From assembly GCA_964016885.1 (NCBI GenBank), contig OZ024740.1, positions 85,250,001 through 85,314,000 on the forward strand: a DNA stretch of 64,000 bases. Reading direction: 5' to 3'. A program made the position numbers and the translations under genes. The stretch is from Eledone cirrhosa (lineage: Eukaryota). Positions 1 to 12,760 of this stretch are shown piece by piece. The notes below the pieces were generated by a model that worked only from the letters and a program-made list of their open reading frames with translations, did no database searches and was not told the origin of the DNA. How positions within the stretch are numbered: position 1 is the stretch's first letter; each line of letters starts with the position of its first letter.

Positions 1-129
1 CCTCCCCTTTCAATGTAAAGTTATGTTGGTGCCACAACATCCAGGCCGAAACAAATGAGATCGTGTAGGTGTCACGACAAAAAAACACACAGTCCACGCT
101 TAATGTGGCCGTGTAGGCAACACGGTAAA

Positions 130-318
130 AACATCGCAGTCCCACACTGTAAATGAGGTTGGTGTTAGGAAGGGCATCCAGCTGTAGAAAACCCGCCAGT
201 CAGTCCTATACGAGCAAGACATCCAATCTTGCTTCAAGTGGGAAAACTCCCGTCCAAACCCATGCAAGCGTGGAACACGGACGTTAGACGATGATGATGA
301 TGATGATGATGATGATGA
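130..318 (+). mobile_element. 3' part of a SINE/RTE-tailed repeat ending in (GAT)n
   Basis: Motifs GTTGGTGTTAGGAAGGGCATCCAGCTGTAGAAA and CCATGCAAGCGTGGAACACGGACGTTAGACG followed by a (ATG)n tail resemble a common Octopus SINE 3' end (recalled, not searched). Confidence 0.6.
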
Positions 319-321
319 TAT

Positions 322-368
<47 letters not shown>

Positions 369-369
369 T

Positions 370-1803
370 TCTCTTTTACCCTTTTACCTGTTCCAGCCAT
401 CCGGCTGAGGCCATGCTGGGGCACCGCCCTTGTTGCTACACATTTTATCTCCAGCCTGCATTGGTTGGCCACTGGTGCAAGAGGGAGTTCGTTACTGCTG
501 CCCTTAGGTTTCCCTCGTGCCTTGCTGTGGGCTTATCCGGGATCCTGGATAGCAAGTTGTCGAGATGTTTCTTGAAAACATCCACATCCACACCATGCAG
601 ATCTCTCAGATCCCTCGGCAGCTTGTTGAAGAGTTGGGGGCTCTTGAACCCCAGGCTATAGCAATATTTGCTCCTTATTCTAGATGTGGAAGACAGGACA
701 TTTGACACCACTCAGTGACGTCCTGTTCGGGGGTTGGTCCAGCTCCCAATGCCAATGTTTGGTGTTAGTCCCTCCAGGATTTTCCACATGTAGATCACTG
801 CGTATCTCTCCCGTCTTCGCTCCAAGGATTAGAGGTTCAGTTCTTTTAGCCTCTTCCAGTATCTTATCTCCTTCATCATGGCAATCTTCTTGGTGTAGCT
901 TCGCTGGATTGCCTCAAGCTCCGTGGTTAGTTTGACACTATGGGGTGACCACAACTGGGAGCAATAGTCCAGGCGGCTTAGGACAAATGTCCTCCATAGT
1001 GTCAACATGGTGTCTCGGTCTCTTGTCCGGAAAGTCCTCAAGATCTAGCCAGCGAGTCGTCGGCACATTGTCGCCACTTTCATGATGTGTGAGGAAAAAG
1101 ATGCATCGTCGCTCATGTCTATACCCAGGTCTCGTGCCGATTTCGATACGGGAATATCGGTCCCTCCTGGTGCGGCGTAACTGTGTTGTACTGTATTCGT
1201 GTTTGCAGGTTTGTATTGTAGGTCTTGGAATTTGCCAGCATTAAACTGCATGTTGTTGACTTCCTCCCATTTGTATATGGCATCCAGATCTTGTTCTAAA
1301 AGGGCAGTGTCAGCCGGGTTTGAGAGATCCACCAAAAACAGTAGTGATCCCAGGACTGTGCCTTGGGGCACCCCTCTTGTTATTGATGTTTCCTTTGAAA
1401 GGCCCCATTTACTGCGACTGTCTGGCTTCTGTCCTTAAGAAGTCATGCAGCCACTCACCTACTTTTCCAGTTATGCCGAATCTGTGTAGTTTGTGAGATA
1501 TCATTACGTGGTCGACCTTGTCAAAGGCCTTTGCAAAGTCAAGATATATCACGTCCACATGTGCGTTGTCTAGCAGTTGTTTCAGTACCCAGTCATAGTG
1601 ATGTAGCAGCTGTGTAAGGCAGCCTCTTCCTGGGCGAAAGCCATGCTGCGTGCTAGTCAGGCGGTCATTTTGCTCAAGGAAAGTGATCAGTTTCTTTCTA
1701 ATGATTCGCTCCATGACCTTATATGTGACGTCAGGGAGACTGGCCTATAGTTTTTTGCTCTGCTACCTCCTTTATGGATACGGCATATTGTGCCTTCTTT
1801 TAG
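370..1803 (-). mobile_element. 5'-truncated CR1-group LINE, reverse transcriptase C-terminal half (pseudogenised) plus 3' UTR
   Basis: Frameshifted pieces NYRPVSLTSH, QHGFRPGRGCLTQLL, VDVIYLDFAKAFDKVDH, PQGTVLGSLLFL, RDLGI, SRLDYCSQLWSP, LFNKLP..FKKHLDNLLSRIPDKP. The 3' tail GGCGGTGCCCCAGCATGGCC...GTAAAAG lies at 370-432. Both ends abut (TA)n. Confidence 0.92.
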
Positions 1804-1811
1804 CCCCCCCC

Positions 1812-1814
<3 letters not shown>

Positions 1815-1897
<83 letters not shown>

Positions 1898-1905
1898 TAT
1901 ATAAT

Positions 1906-1948
<43 letters not shown>

Positions 1949-2250
1949 TATTATATATATATAATATATATATAATATATATATAATATATATAATATAT
2001 ATATAATATATACATAATATATATATAATATATATAATATATATATAATATATACATAATATATATAATATATATATAATATATAAATATATATATAATA
2101 TATAATATATATATAATATATATATAATATATATAATATATATATAATATATAATATATATAATATATATAATATATATATATATATATATAATATATAT
2201 AAAATATATAATATATATATAATATATATAATATATATATAATATATATA

Positions 2251-2292
<42 letters not shown>

Positions 2293-2305
2293 CATATATA
2301 TATAT
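1815..2305. repeat. Long degenerate (TA)n microsatellite
   Basis: About 490 bp of TA with TAA interruptions. It produces the IYIY artefact ORFs. Confidence 0.97.
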
Positions 2306-2496
2306 TATTAATATTACACTCAAAGTACAACCTCAAAGTACATACTGGAAACTACGTATCGAGTGTTCATTTTGGTGAACCAACGGTAACTTGACGTTAC
2401 AATACCTAAACTATATATGAGTTTATATAGAAAAGGCATCTACAGGACTAGCACTGTTTATTTACTGTGGCTACTTCCGACTAAACTCTGGACCTA

Positions 2497-2571
<75 letters not shown>

Positions 2572-2660
2572 CAAAGAAAGTGTGGCAAGAAACCATGTGG
2601 ACCAGTTCAGATCTAGCTGTCGAAATTGCCGGAGCTCAGCTTTCCTGGTCCTGACTCTTT

Positions 2661-3220
<560 letters not shown>

Positions 3221-3637
3221 ATATATAGAGAGAGAGAGACAAAAAGCTTGTATATGTACAGACTGTTTTAAAATAAATGAACATAATAGAGCCATGTCAC
3301 ATTTCTTTTCTTTGTCCATAAATACTCCATACGAGTGTAAACCGGTTAGTGTGATTATGTTATTATATTTCATAATGTACTCTGGATTAATGTAAAGCTA
3401 CCTAAAAACATTAAAGGATAAAGAAAAGAGATGCCAATTGGTTATGTTATGTCATTTTGTTATAAGATATTTAGTTTATATAAAAAAGTTTTAGTACATT
3501 TTTTATCTTTGTTTCATATACATATACTGACTTTTTCCTGTGTCCTGACCGCTAAACCAACATGCTTAATTTGGAACATCTTCCATCTTGTTTGTGTTAT
3601 TTTCTACACACACACACATACATGTATATATGTATAA

Positions 3638-3692
<55 letters not shown>

Positions 3693-3843
3693 TACATGTA
3701 TATATATATATAAATAAATATATATATAAATAAATATACATGTATATATATATATAAATAAATATATATATATACATGTATATATATATATAAATAAATA
3801 TATATATGCATGTATATATATATATAAATAAATATATATATGC

Positions 3844-3919
<76 letters not shown>

Positions 3920-4052
3920 AAATATATATATATACATGTATATATATATATATATATATAAATAAATATATATACAGTATATAGCGTAATGACGTGTTTA
4001 GCTCTAAGAATTGTTTCAGAAAGTATGTACTTTTGCTTCGGTATCATGAAAA

Positions 4053-4141
<89 letters not shown>

Positions 4142-4719
4142 CAATGAAAATTGCTGAAGTTCCTTTGAATTCATAATCTCATATTTAGTGGACCAAGTAA
4201 CACACCGCTCAGCTTTTACCGTGTTATCGTTGCTTTTCTCTAGATCAGACCTTATCCAGTAGAGCTATAATCAACAGAGTTCCAGTTGTGACCATCCCAT
4301 TTAAATTTACATTATCTAATGTACCCTTCATTTTGTACCAAAATTTCACCCATGAACATCCCATCTAGAATTACATCATCCGGTGTATCCTTTATGTTAG
4401 ACAAAGCAGGGTGTGATTTGAGAGGGACATGACTGCTATTTCTACTATGCCGAGCGATCATGTAGTGACTCCATCGATAATATGTAGGTAACAAAGAAAT
4501 ATAAGTATTGCGTTGATCCCTGCTGAGTCAGTTGAATGGAGGAAACAAAATGTAAAATATAAATATACTTAATCAGACCCTTTCAGTTTGTTTCTTTCTT
4601 TCTTTGTCTGCTGACTAACCTTGACTGATAATGACGTCATAAAAAAACATTCTGGAAAATGACGACTCTTTGAAAAATGATTCAGAAAAAGATATTGTGA
4701 AAAGTCGTATTTCTTACAC

Positions 4720-5060
4720 TATCACCACCATCACCACCATCATCATTACAACCATCACAACCATCACAACCATCACCACTATCACCACCACAATCATCAT
4801 CTTGACAACCACCATGCCAGCCATCATATCAACACCACCACCACACCACCACCACAATCAACCACAATCACCACCACCATCACCACCACCATATTCACTA
4901 ACACCACCACAACAGCTAATACAAACACCACCACAATCACCACAATCACCATACCACCACCACCACCACCACTATCACCACCACCACAATCAACCACCGC
5001 CGCCGCCGCCACCACTACCACCTCCACCACCATATCACCTACCATCACAACCCAACACAG
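4720..5060. repeat. Degenerate (CAC/CAT/CAA) trinucleotide low-complexity tract
   Basis: Directly visible. It yields poly-T/P/H pseudo-ORFs. Confidence 0.9.
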
Positions 5061-5837
5061 CAGATACCAGCATTACTTAATCCTATGATATAATATTTCT
5101 TAGATTTTTGTTTTCTTTATTTTTCTGTAACATACATTTGCTTCTTCGTTACGAATAAATATTTATAAAGATGACTGGAATCATAGAAATCTCAAGAAAA
5201 AGAATTTTTGATATTTTGTCTTTTATCACTTTTATGTAAATATTTCTACGACGGAAGGATGTATGAACGACACAACTTTAACTTCATCCACCCTTACTAA
5301 TATCTAACTTGGTGTCTTTTCTGTGAAATTATTCAAAGTGATATTTTCCTGTAATGTGCCAGATGGATCGAGGGACTTTACTGTTTCATTCAAATTACAA
5401 GGGTCCCTCCCATATGAAGATATGGAAAAGATGAAAATTTAGAAATATACAACTAGAATATAGTTCTATTTTAACACGAAATACGCACGCCCCCCACCCC
5501 TCACACACACATATGCACACACACACATGCGCACACACGCACATATATGTAAGTATGTATGTAAAGAGGAGAGAAATATTTGTAGAATGTACAAACGAAA
5601 GGAGATGGTAAAAAATTGCTCAAAACGATAAGTAGAGAAAATAATTAAGAAAAACAGATAAAAAAAGACAATACGAAATAATCTCACATCTCTCAATTCC
5701 ACTAAACTTTCCACCCGATATCCACCGCCACTCCTACACATTACTATGTAAGCAATGTTATTTTAAATCAATTCAATGTTACTTCTGAAGAATCCAAAGA
5801 TGAAATTTATCCATCGCTATGCTTTATTCACTATATA

Positions 5838-6154
5838 TATTTAAAAAATAGAGGTGTGACACACGAGTTGTGATATATTAGTAAAAAGGAAAAGAAAATG
5901 CTGACAAATTTTTCCCAGTGAAAAATAGTTTAATTAGGATAGAAGGTTCGTGATTTTTGTTCTAATCAGATTAGAGCAAAAATCACGAACACTCTATCTG
6001 AAAATTATTTTTGAAAAGAATTAGAAATGCGCAACCGGTAAAAACTCAATTCTAAAACTGAATACTAACTAATACTTATTACTAATTTATAATTATTCCT
6101 AATTAAACTATTTTTCACTGGGAACAATTTGTCAGCATTTTCTTTTCCCTTTTA
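5838..6154 (+). mobile_element. Palindromic non-autonomous element (MITE-like), rearranged copy
   Basis: ~57-bp inverted repeat 5883-5939/6097-6154 and internal 45-nt hairpin 5946-5990. Homologous to the reverse complement of 7892-8105. Confidence 0.6.
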
Positions 6155-6352
6155 TTTGAACTCAGATCATAAAGGGACGTAACTCTATGCTTCAAAGCAT
6201 GGTGTCCGACTCTCTACCGATACTGCGAATCCACCGCCCTACTATATATATATAATTGTTTCTACTTTAGGCACAAGGCCAGCAATTACCCAGTACATTA
6301 CTGGTACTTTATTTTATCGACCCCGTAAGGATGAAAGGCAAAGTTAACCTCG
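6155..6352 (-). mobile_element. Two truncated tandem copies of the dominant tRNA-SINE
   Basis: The 5' half with A/B boxes is at 6155-6240 and the 3' half is at 6253-6352. Confidence 0.85.
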
Positions 6353-6389
6353 ATAATGGACCTCAAAGGGTCCATTATATATACATGCA

Positions 6390-6755
6390 AAGAGCGGAGG
6401 AACTCAGCAGAGTCAACGGCCATCCAAATATTAAAAAAAAAGTTATACGGAGAGGTTAAACCCCGAGGCATAAATAGCTGAGGGCTGTCGTTGTATTTTC
6501 GCTGGCAAACATTTGCACCCAGGATATGTGTCGTCAGTTCCAAAAAGTGTGGTTGGTCCTACACAAGCCTTCACCACTTAAAACAAAACTTTGTGTGGAT
6601 AGTTCAACATCCGTTCACTTTCTCACATTTCCGCCAGTCTTTGCAGGCGGAGTCCGTAGGCGATGGGGATTGAAATGTCACATGTGACACCGCCATCCAG
6701 AGAGCTGAACTTTTGTTGGACACTCTTACGTCGGATATAGACGGGAGAGTCCATC
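6390..6755 (+). repeat. GC-richer dispersed repeat, possibly an RTE-LINE 5' UTR
   Basis: Shares GCGGA(G/A)GAA(C/T)TCA...AGAGTCAACGGCCATCC with 56766-56798. The RTE 5' UTR assignment is an inference. Confidence 0.4.
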
Positions 6756-6759
6756 ATAT

Positions 6760-6832
<73 letters not shown>

Positions 6833-6837
<5 letters not shown>

Positions 6838-7407
6838 GATGAAATACCAATGAAGGCTGGAAGATAACTGATGAAGGACTAATTTTATTCATATATAACC
6901 CATTTGCAACCACGCAGCACGCCATTTTTTCATATATTTATATATTTTCATCCGCTGTGACCCGTCTGTTTCCTTCTTACTGCTTCCCCCTTCTCTGTAT
7001 CTCTCACTTTCTTTTTACCCCCTCTGCCAGTCACTTTCTCAGTTAACCTCTTCCTCACACTTTCACTCACTCACTCTCTGCTACTCCCTCTCCCTCACTT
7101 CCTCCCGTTTGACCTGTGTGAAATCCTTTTCTCGCTCATATTTCACCCAGGTTGGATGGTCTTTATCTCTTGTCTACGATTTCACAGAACTTAAGTTCAT
7201 CGATTTCAGGGACTTGACTCCTTCTTCCTCACTTTTCGTTGCATTACCATCTTCGTTTGTTTACATGTCTTGCTCGTTTCACCCTATTTTACGTGTCCCA
7301 ACGACTTTCTTTAGCCGTTGCTCGCACCAACCAGAGGTATATGATCTTTAAAGCGATGAAATACCAATGAAGGCTGGAAGATCACTGATGAAGGACTAAT
7401 TTTATTC

Positions 7408-7412
<5 letters not shown>
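6833..7412 (+). mobile_element. (TA)-flanked ~580-bp element with ~60-bp terminal direct repeats containing CTGATGAAGG (Penelope-like pLTR derivative)
   Basis: AAG(T/C)GATGAAATACCAATGAAGGCTGGAAGAT(A/C)ACTGATGAAGGACTAATTTTATTCATAT at 6834-6895 and 7350-7411. A related sequence lies on the minus strand at ~55690-55812. Confidence 0.55.
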
Positions 7413-7444
<32 letters not shown>

Positions 7445-7807
7445 GAGAGAGAAAGCAAGAGAGTGAGGGAGGAAGAAAGAGAGAGAGAGAGTGAGTGAGT
7501 GAAAGAGGAGGAGAAAGCAAGGGAGTTCAAATTAGTGAGATGAAGCTGTTCCTTACTTTCTGACAAATCATATTAGGTTGTTATGGAGACAATCGCAGTT
7601 ATTTTCAACGGAGGCCTTCTCAACACCTGTTTCCAATGTTATTTACGTAGCGTTGTTAGGCACCACTCTGCCTGGTGTAGAGCTAGTGAGATCCAATTTT
7701 TACATCCAGAATTATAATGCAAGGAAACTCTATGCTGTATAATTACATGACAAATTACTCTTGTATATATCCCTGTCTGCACACACACACACACACACAT
7801 ATATGTA

Positions 7808-7891
<84 letters not shown>

Positions 7892-7895
<4 letters not shown>

Positions 7896-8101
7896 TAAAA
7901 GGAAAAGAAAATGCTGACAAATTGTTCCCAGTGAAAAATAGTTTAATTAGGAATAAGTAAAAATTAGTAATAAGTATTGGTTAGTATTCAGTTTTAGTTT
8001 TAAGTTTTTACCGGTTGCGCATTTCTAATGGTTTTCAAAAATAATTTTCAGATAGAGCGCCCGTGATACATCACAACTCGTGTGTTACACCTCTATTCTT
8101 T

Positions 8102-8105
<4 letters not shown>
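7892..8105 (-). mobile_element. Second copy of the 5838-6154 element, inserted in (TA)n
   Basis: Shares TAGAGGTGT(A/G)ACACACGAGTTGTGAT, CTATCTGAAAATTATTTTTGAAAA, GAAATGCGCAACCGGTAAAAA and the terminal 57-mer. Confidence 0.7.
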
Positions 8106-8138
<33 letters not shown>

Positions 8139-8154
8139 TAAAATAACAGATTAA

Positions 8155-8205
8155 AGTTTAAGCAAAGAATCACTGCTTTCACCCTTAACGGGATCTTCTG
8201 AAACT
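8155..8205 (-). ncRNA. Type I hammerhead-like fold, variant core CAGAAGA
   Basis: AGTTT-CAGAAGA-T-CCC/GGG-T-GAAA-GCA...TGC-TT-AAACT on the minus strand. Confidence 0.55.
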
Positions 8206-8306
8206 AAAAAAATCAATCTGTGAACGCAGAACTAAATATTTCGAAAAACATTGCAACTGAAGGAAGACAGGAAGACGATACTTTGGTTCGTGGAAACGTT
8301 CCCTGG

Positions 8307-9306
8307 TAGTTCCCTACAAACGAGCATATTTTCACTGACCATTCCACATATTACAATGAAGCTCTTGCTCGGAGTGGATTTGTCGATAAGGTAGCATATA
8401 CCGAGTATGAGCATAGACCTAGGAAAAATAGATCCCGACGCATTATATGGTATAAGGGCGGTGGATTGGCAGTATCGGTGGAGGGTCAGACACCATGCTT
8501 TCCAGCATAGTTACGTCCCTTTACGATCTTAGTTCAAATACCGCCGAGGTTGACTTTGCCTTTCATCCTTACGGGGTCGATAAAATAAAGTACCAGTAAT
8601 GCACTGCTTAATTGCTGGCCTTGTGCCTAAAGTAGAAACAATTATATGGTATAATCTAATATGGAGGTGGCCACACCATCAGCTAAGATCTTTCTCTCCC
8701 TTATTATGAAGCATTTCCTCCCAGCACATAAATATAATAACATTTTTAATAGAAATACTATTAAAACTTTTTACTCTACGACCCTTAACCTTGCACATGA
8801 CATCACTGCTTCAAATTTAGCTAAATTACCTAGTTGTGGGAACACGTGCAACTCTGTAGCTAGTACTAACTGTAATTGTAGGAATCGGGTTGACTGCCCC
8901 CTATCCGGGAAATGCCTCTCTAGTAACATTGTCTACACATGTAAGGTTGAGACACCCACGTCCCGTAGGGCCTACATAGGGTTAACCGCCAATAGATTCA
9001 AGCAGCGTCTTTACATGCACACCCATTCTTAACTCTTTAAGAAGGAATATGACGTCACTTTCAGCTTATATCTGGAGTCTAAAAGACAACCACACCCAAT
9101 ATAGGTTACACTGGGAGATCCTAGCGAAGGCTAGATCGTAAAACGGAAATAAAAGACCATGTGACCTCTGCACCGCTGAAGCCCTGGTAATACTCTACGC
9201 CAATGACCACATCTTGAACAAAAAATCTGAGGCAATTTCGGCTTGTAAACCTAAATTGCACAAAACTTTCCTGTATTACAGCCCCACTTTATACCCTAAC
9301 GGATAG
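8307..9306 (+). pseudogene. Penelope/Naiad ORF C-terminus with Zn-knuckle and GIY-YIG endonuclease (disrupted)
   Basis: YYNEALARSGF..RKNRSRRIIWYN | SINE | KHFLPAHKYNNIFNRNTIKTFYS..CNCRNRVDCPLSGKC..IVYTCKV..AYIGLTANRFKQRLYMH..IWSLKD..YRLHWEILAKA..CDLC.AE..ILNKKSE..C. Contains internal stops and frameshifts. Confidence 0.9.
8456..8640 (+). mobile_element. Full-length tRNA-derived SINE with 14-bp TSD
   Basis: A box TGGCAGTATCGG, B box GTTCAAAT, core GCCTTTCATCCTTACGGGGTCGATAAAATAAAGTACCAG. TSD ATTATATGGTATAA at 8442-8455 and 8641-8654. Confidence 0.95.
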
Positions 9307-9945
9307 TACGAACAATACGCGGATAATTTACGTCTTGATGTGGTAGCTAAGTATATTTTATATTTATACCATTACTTATTTGTAGAGGTAAGTATATATT
9401 ACCTGTATGTTTTGTGAAGGTACGTATACTTTCTCGTACGTATATTTGTTTGTATTTGTTATAGGCGCATATATTATATCATATATACTGGTACATGTGT
9501 ATATGGTTATGTGTATACGTGAGTTTTGCGTTTGTGTGTGTATGCAGGTTTGCACGTATGTAGGGGGTGTGTATATGTGTACTTTGTGTTTTGGTTGACG
9601 TACATTTAGCGAACATATGTGTGTTTACATGTAGGTGTGTGTGTGCGCGCGTTATATACGTATTTATATGCGTTTATATAATTATATGTATACGGCACAC
9701 ACACACACATACACACATGTATATATATTTTTTATATATGTTTTATGTGTATTTGGTGTATACGTTCGTATGTGTGCGGGTACAGGCGTTGCTAGGGATT
9801 TTGTATGTGTGCGCTTGTTTTTGTGTACGTGCCTGTATTTGCATACCCATGGCGGGTGTTTTCGCGTATGCATGTGTATATACATATATGGATGCGTGCA
9901 TGTATATATTGAATTATTGTTGATTTCAATAACCTCTCTAATTTA

Positions 9946-10124
9946 TTGGCAGTATCGGTAGAGAGTCGGACGCCATGCTTTCCAGCATAGTTACGTCCCT
10001 TTACGATCTGAGTTCAAATCCCGCCGAGGTTGACTTTGCCTTTCATCCTTACGGGGTCGATAAAATAAAGTACCAGTAATGCACTGTGTAATTGCTGGCC
10101 TTGTGCCTAAAGTAGAAACAATTA
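9946..10124 (+). mobile_element. tRNA-SINE inserted in the Naiad 3' UTR
   Basis: Same consensus. It is absent at the homologous position of the copy near 58975-59015. Confidence 0.92.
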
Positions 10125-10521
10125 TTCTTTACTCTGAAGCCGAGAATCATTCAGTTTCCTAAATAGAATTCTAGTCTACGACTTCAGTTATACCATAAAC
10201 GTGGTTTTGTCTTTGCGTGTAATTGTCCTCCTCGCTCCACATAATGACGCATTATCTTCGTTTTTTTCGTTCATTGCCAGGGAACATCTCCACGAACCAC
10301 CTAATAGAATATTAGTCTACGACTTCATTTATACCATAAACGTGGTTTTGTCTTTGCGTGTAATTGTTTTTCACCGTTCCAAATAATGACGCATTATCTT
10401 CGTTTTTTTCCCGTTCTTTGCCAGGGAACGTTTCCACGAACCAAAGTATCGTCTTCCTGTCTTCCTTCGATTGCATCGTTTTTCAAAATATTTAGTTCTG
10501 CGTTCACAGGTTGATTTTTTT

Positions 10522-10572
10522 AGTTTCAGAAGATTCCGTTAAGAGTGAAAGCAGCGATTCTTTGCTTAAACT
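10522..10572 (+). ncRNA. Type I hammerhead-like fold, variant core CAGAAGA (in pLTR)
   Basis: AGTTT CAGAAGA TTCCGTTAAGAGT GAAA GCAGCGATTCTTTGC TT AAACT. Helix II is decayed in this copy. Confidence 0.5.
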
Positions 10573-10741
10573 TTAATCTGTTATTTTAATAAATATTTGC
10601 TCTACGGCTCTCATATATTTGATATATATTTATCCTTATCGAGTCCTCTTTGGATTTTAGTCTTCAAATTTATTATTATTACTATATATATATATGTATA
10701 TATATACATATGTATGCATATATACATACACATATGTATGC

Positions 10742-10796
<55 letters not shown>

Positions 10797-10918
10797 AAGA
10801 GTGAAGAATAACATGGTCGACTGTACAAAAAGGGTTTTATTTACAGTATTAACAATTGTTTCATTGATCAGGTGAGTCTAAAGGCCGCTGCTGATATATA
10901 TATATATATATATATATA

Positions 10919-11042
10919 TACGAAGGTCACTGAAAAGTTCATAGGTTGGCTATGAAGGAGTTATGCTAGGACTGAGAAATCTTGCATGCATTCAAATATA
11001 CCCCGTTTAGTCACTTCATGAGAGTATCTTGGTCAGCCTATG
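10919..11042 (+). mobile_element. Tc1/mariner-type MITE, deleted copy
   Basis: TACGAAGGTCACTGAAAAGTTCATAGG matches the TIR of the 47256 and 50441 copies. It ends in GGTCAGCCTATG. Confidence 0.75.
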
Positions 11043-11420
11043 TATACAGTAACGGCCATAATGGTTCGGATACTTAGATGTCCATGTTAAAACTTTCAGT
11101 AGCTTCAAAACTAAAAAAGCTTGTCGTATATTGTGTTAGGTTGCATGAATTGTACCTGTTATTTAAAGGTGGTCTAGCCTTTTCACATATTATGTCACGT
11201 TGTATGGATTGTACCTGTAATTTGGTGGGTCACATTGACCTGGCTTGGCAATTACGTTAAGGCTCCCAGTGTCTGAGGAATAATCAAGCCACATACACGT
11301 TAATTCATGAATCGGACGTTCAGTTGATCGAACAACTGAGTTCTCATCACCGAAACTGACGAAGGATCCATCAATATAGAAATGAAGTGAATATGTGTGT
11401 GAGGAGAGAGCAACAGATAG

Positions 11421-11520
<100 letters not shown>

Positions 11521-11806
11521 GGGAGCAGAGAGATATAAAGTAATTACATTCTGGATATCAATTTAGCAAGTATATATTGTTTAAGATCCCTTCCAGTGTA
11601 TATTCCCTTTGTCAATGATTCATTCTTACTACGGCTGAGTTGTTATAAGGGCTGAGTCAGTCTAGTTGAAAATAAAATAAAATAATAAATGAGGTTCATC
11701 AGTAGAAAATATATTGAAATAGCGCTTTCAATAGGACAACAGGAACACCTGCCGAGATAGGATTTCCACTAATATAATACATGCCATAATAATAATCATT
11801 ATTACT

Positions 11807-12750
11807 CGGTGGATTGGCAGTATCGGTAGAGGGTCGGACACTATGCTTTGACGCATAGAGTTACGCCCCTTGCCATTTTGAGTTCAAATCGCGCCAAGGT
11901 TAACTTTGCCTTTCATCCTTACGGGGTCGATAAAATAAAGTACCAGTAATGTACTGGGTAATTGCTGGCCTTGTGCCAAAAGTAGAAACAATTATTACTC
12001 GGTGGATTGGCAATATTGGTAGAGGGTCGGACGCCATGCTTTGAAGCATAGAGTTACCTCCCTTTATGATCTGAGTTCAAATCCCGCCGAGGTTAACTTT
12101 GTCTTTCATCCTTACAGGGTCGATAAAATAAAGTACCAGTAATACACTGGGATAATTGCTGGCCTTGTGCCAAACATAGAAACAATTATTACTATTGGCA
12201 GTATCGGTCGAGGGTCGGATATGCTTTCCGGCATAGTTACGTCCCTTTACGGTCTGAGTTCAAATCCCGCCGAGGTTAACTTTGCCTTTCATCTATACGG
12301 GGTCAATAAAATAAAGTACCAGTAATGTACTGGGTAATTGCTGGCCTTGTGCCAAAAGTAGAAACAATTATTACTCGGTGGATTGGCAATATTGGTAGAG
12401 GGTCGGACGCCATGCTTTGAAGCATAGAGTTACCTCCCTTTATGATCTGAGTTCAAATCCCGCCGAGGTTAACTTTGTCTTTCATCCTTACAGGGTCGAT
12501 AAAATAAAGTACCAGTAATACACTGGGATAATTGCTGGCCTTGTGCCAAACATAGAAACAATTATTACTATTGGCAGTATCGGTCGAGGGTCGGATATGC
12601 TTTCCGGCATAGTTACGTCCCTTTACGGTCTGAGTTCAAATCCCGCCGAGGTTAACTTTGCCTTTCATCTATACGGGGTCAATAAAATAAAGTACCAGTA
12701 ATGTACTGGGTAACTGCTGGCCTTGTGCCAAAAGTAGAAACAATTATTAC
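11807..12750 (+). mobile_element. Head-to-tail array of five young tRNA-SINE copies
   Basis: Copies start at ~11807, 12000, 12194, 12376 and 12571. Copies 2-3 are repeated almost identically as 4-5, with a 376-bp period. Confidence 0.95.
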
Positions 12751-12760
12751 TACTATTAAT

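Larger units (their letters stand above)
8133..10684 (+). mobile_element. 5'-truncated Penelope-like retroelement (Naiad-type): inverted pLTR piece, RT C-terminus/GIY-YIG relic, 3' UTR and pLTR
   Basis: 8133-8306 is the reverse complement of ~10420-10595. The coding relic runs 8307-9306. Two SINEs are inserted, and both ends sit in (TA)n. Confidence 0.85.

Noticed and set aside
5785-5811. Hammerhead CTGAAGA-ATC/GAT-GAAATTTATC
   Set aside because: No helix I pairing, so probably chance.
8456-8545. Functional tRNA genes at the A/B-box sites
   Set aside because: They are SINE heads with no 7-nt anticodon loop, continue into SINE bodies, and some have TSDs.
8661-9306. Selenoprotein-type Naiad ORF
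   Set aside because: The conserved Cys positions are TGT/TGC, the stops seen are TAA/TAG, and no SECIS was recognised.
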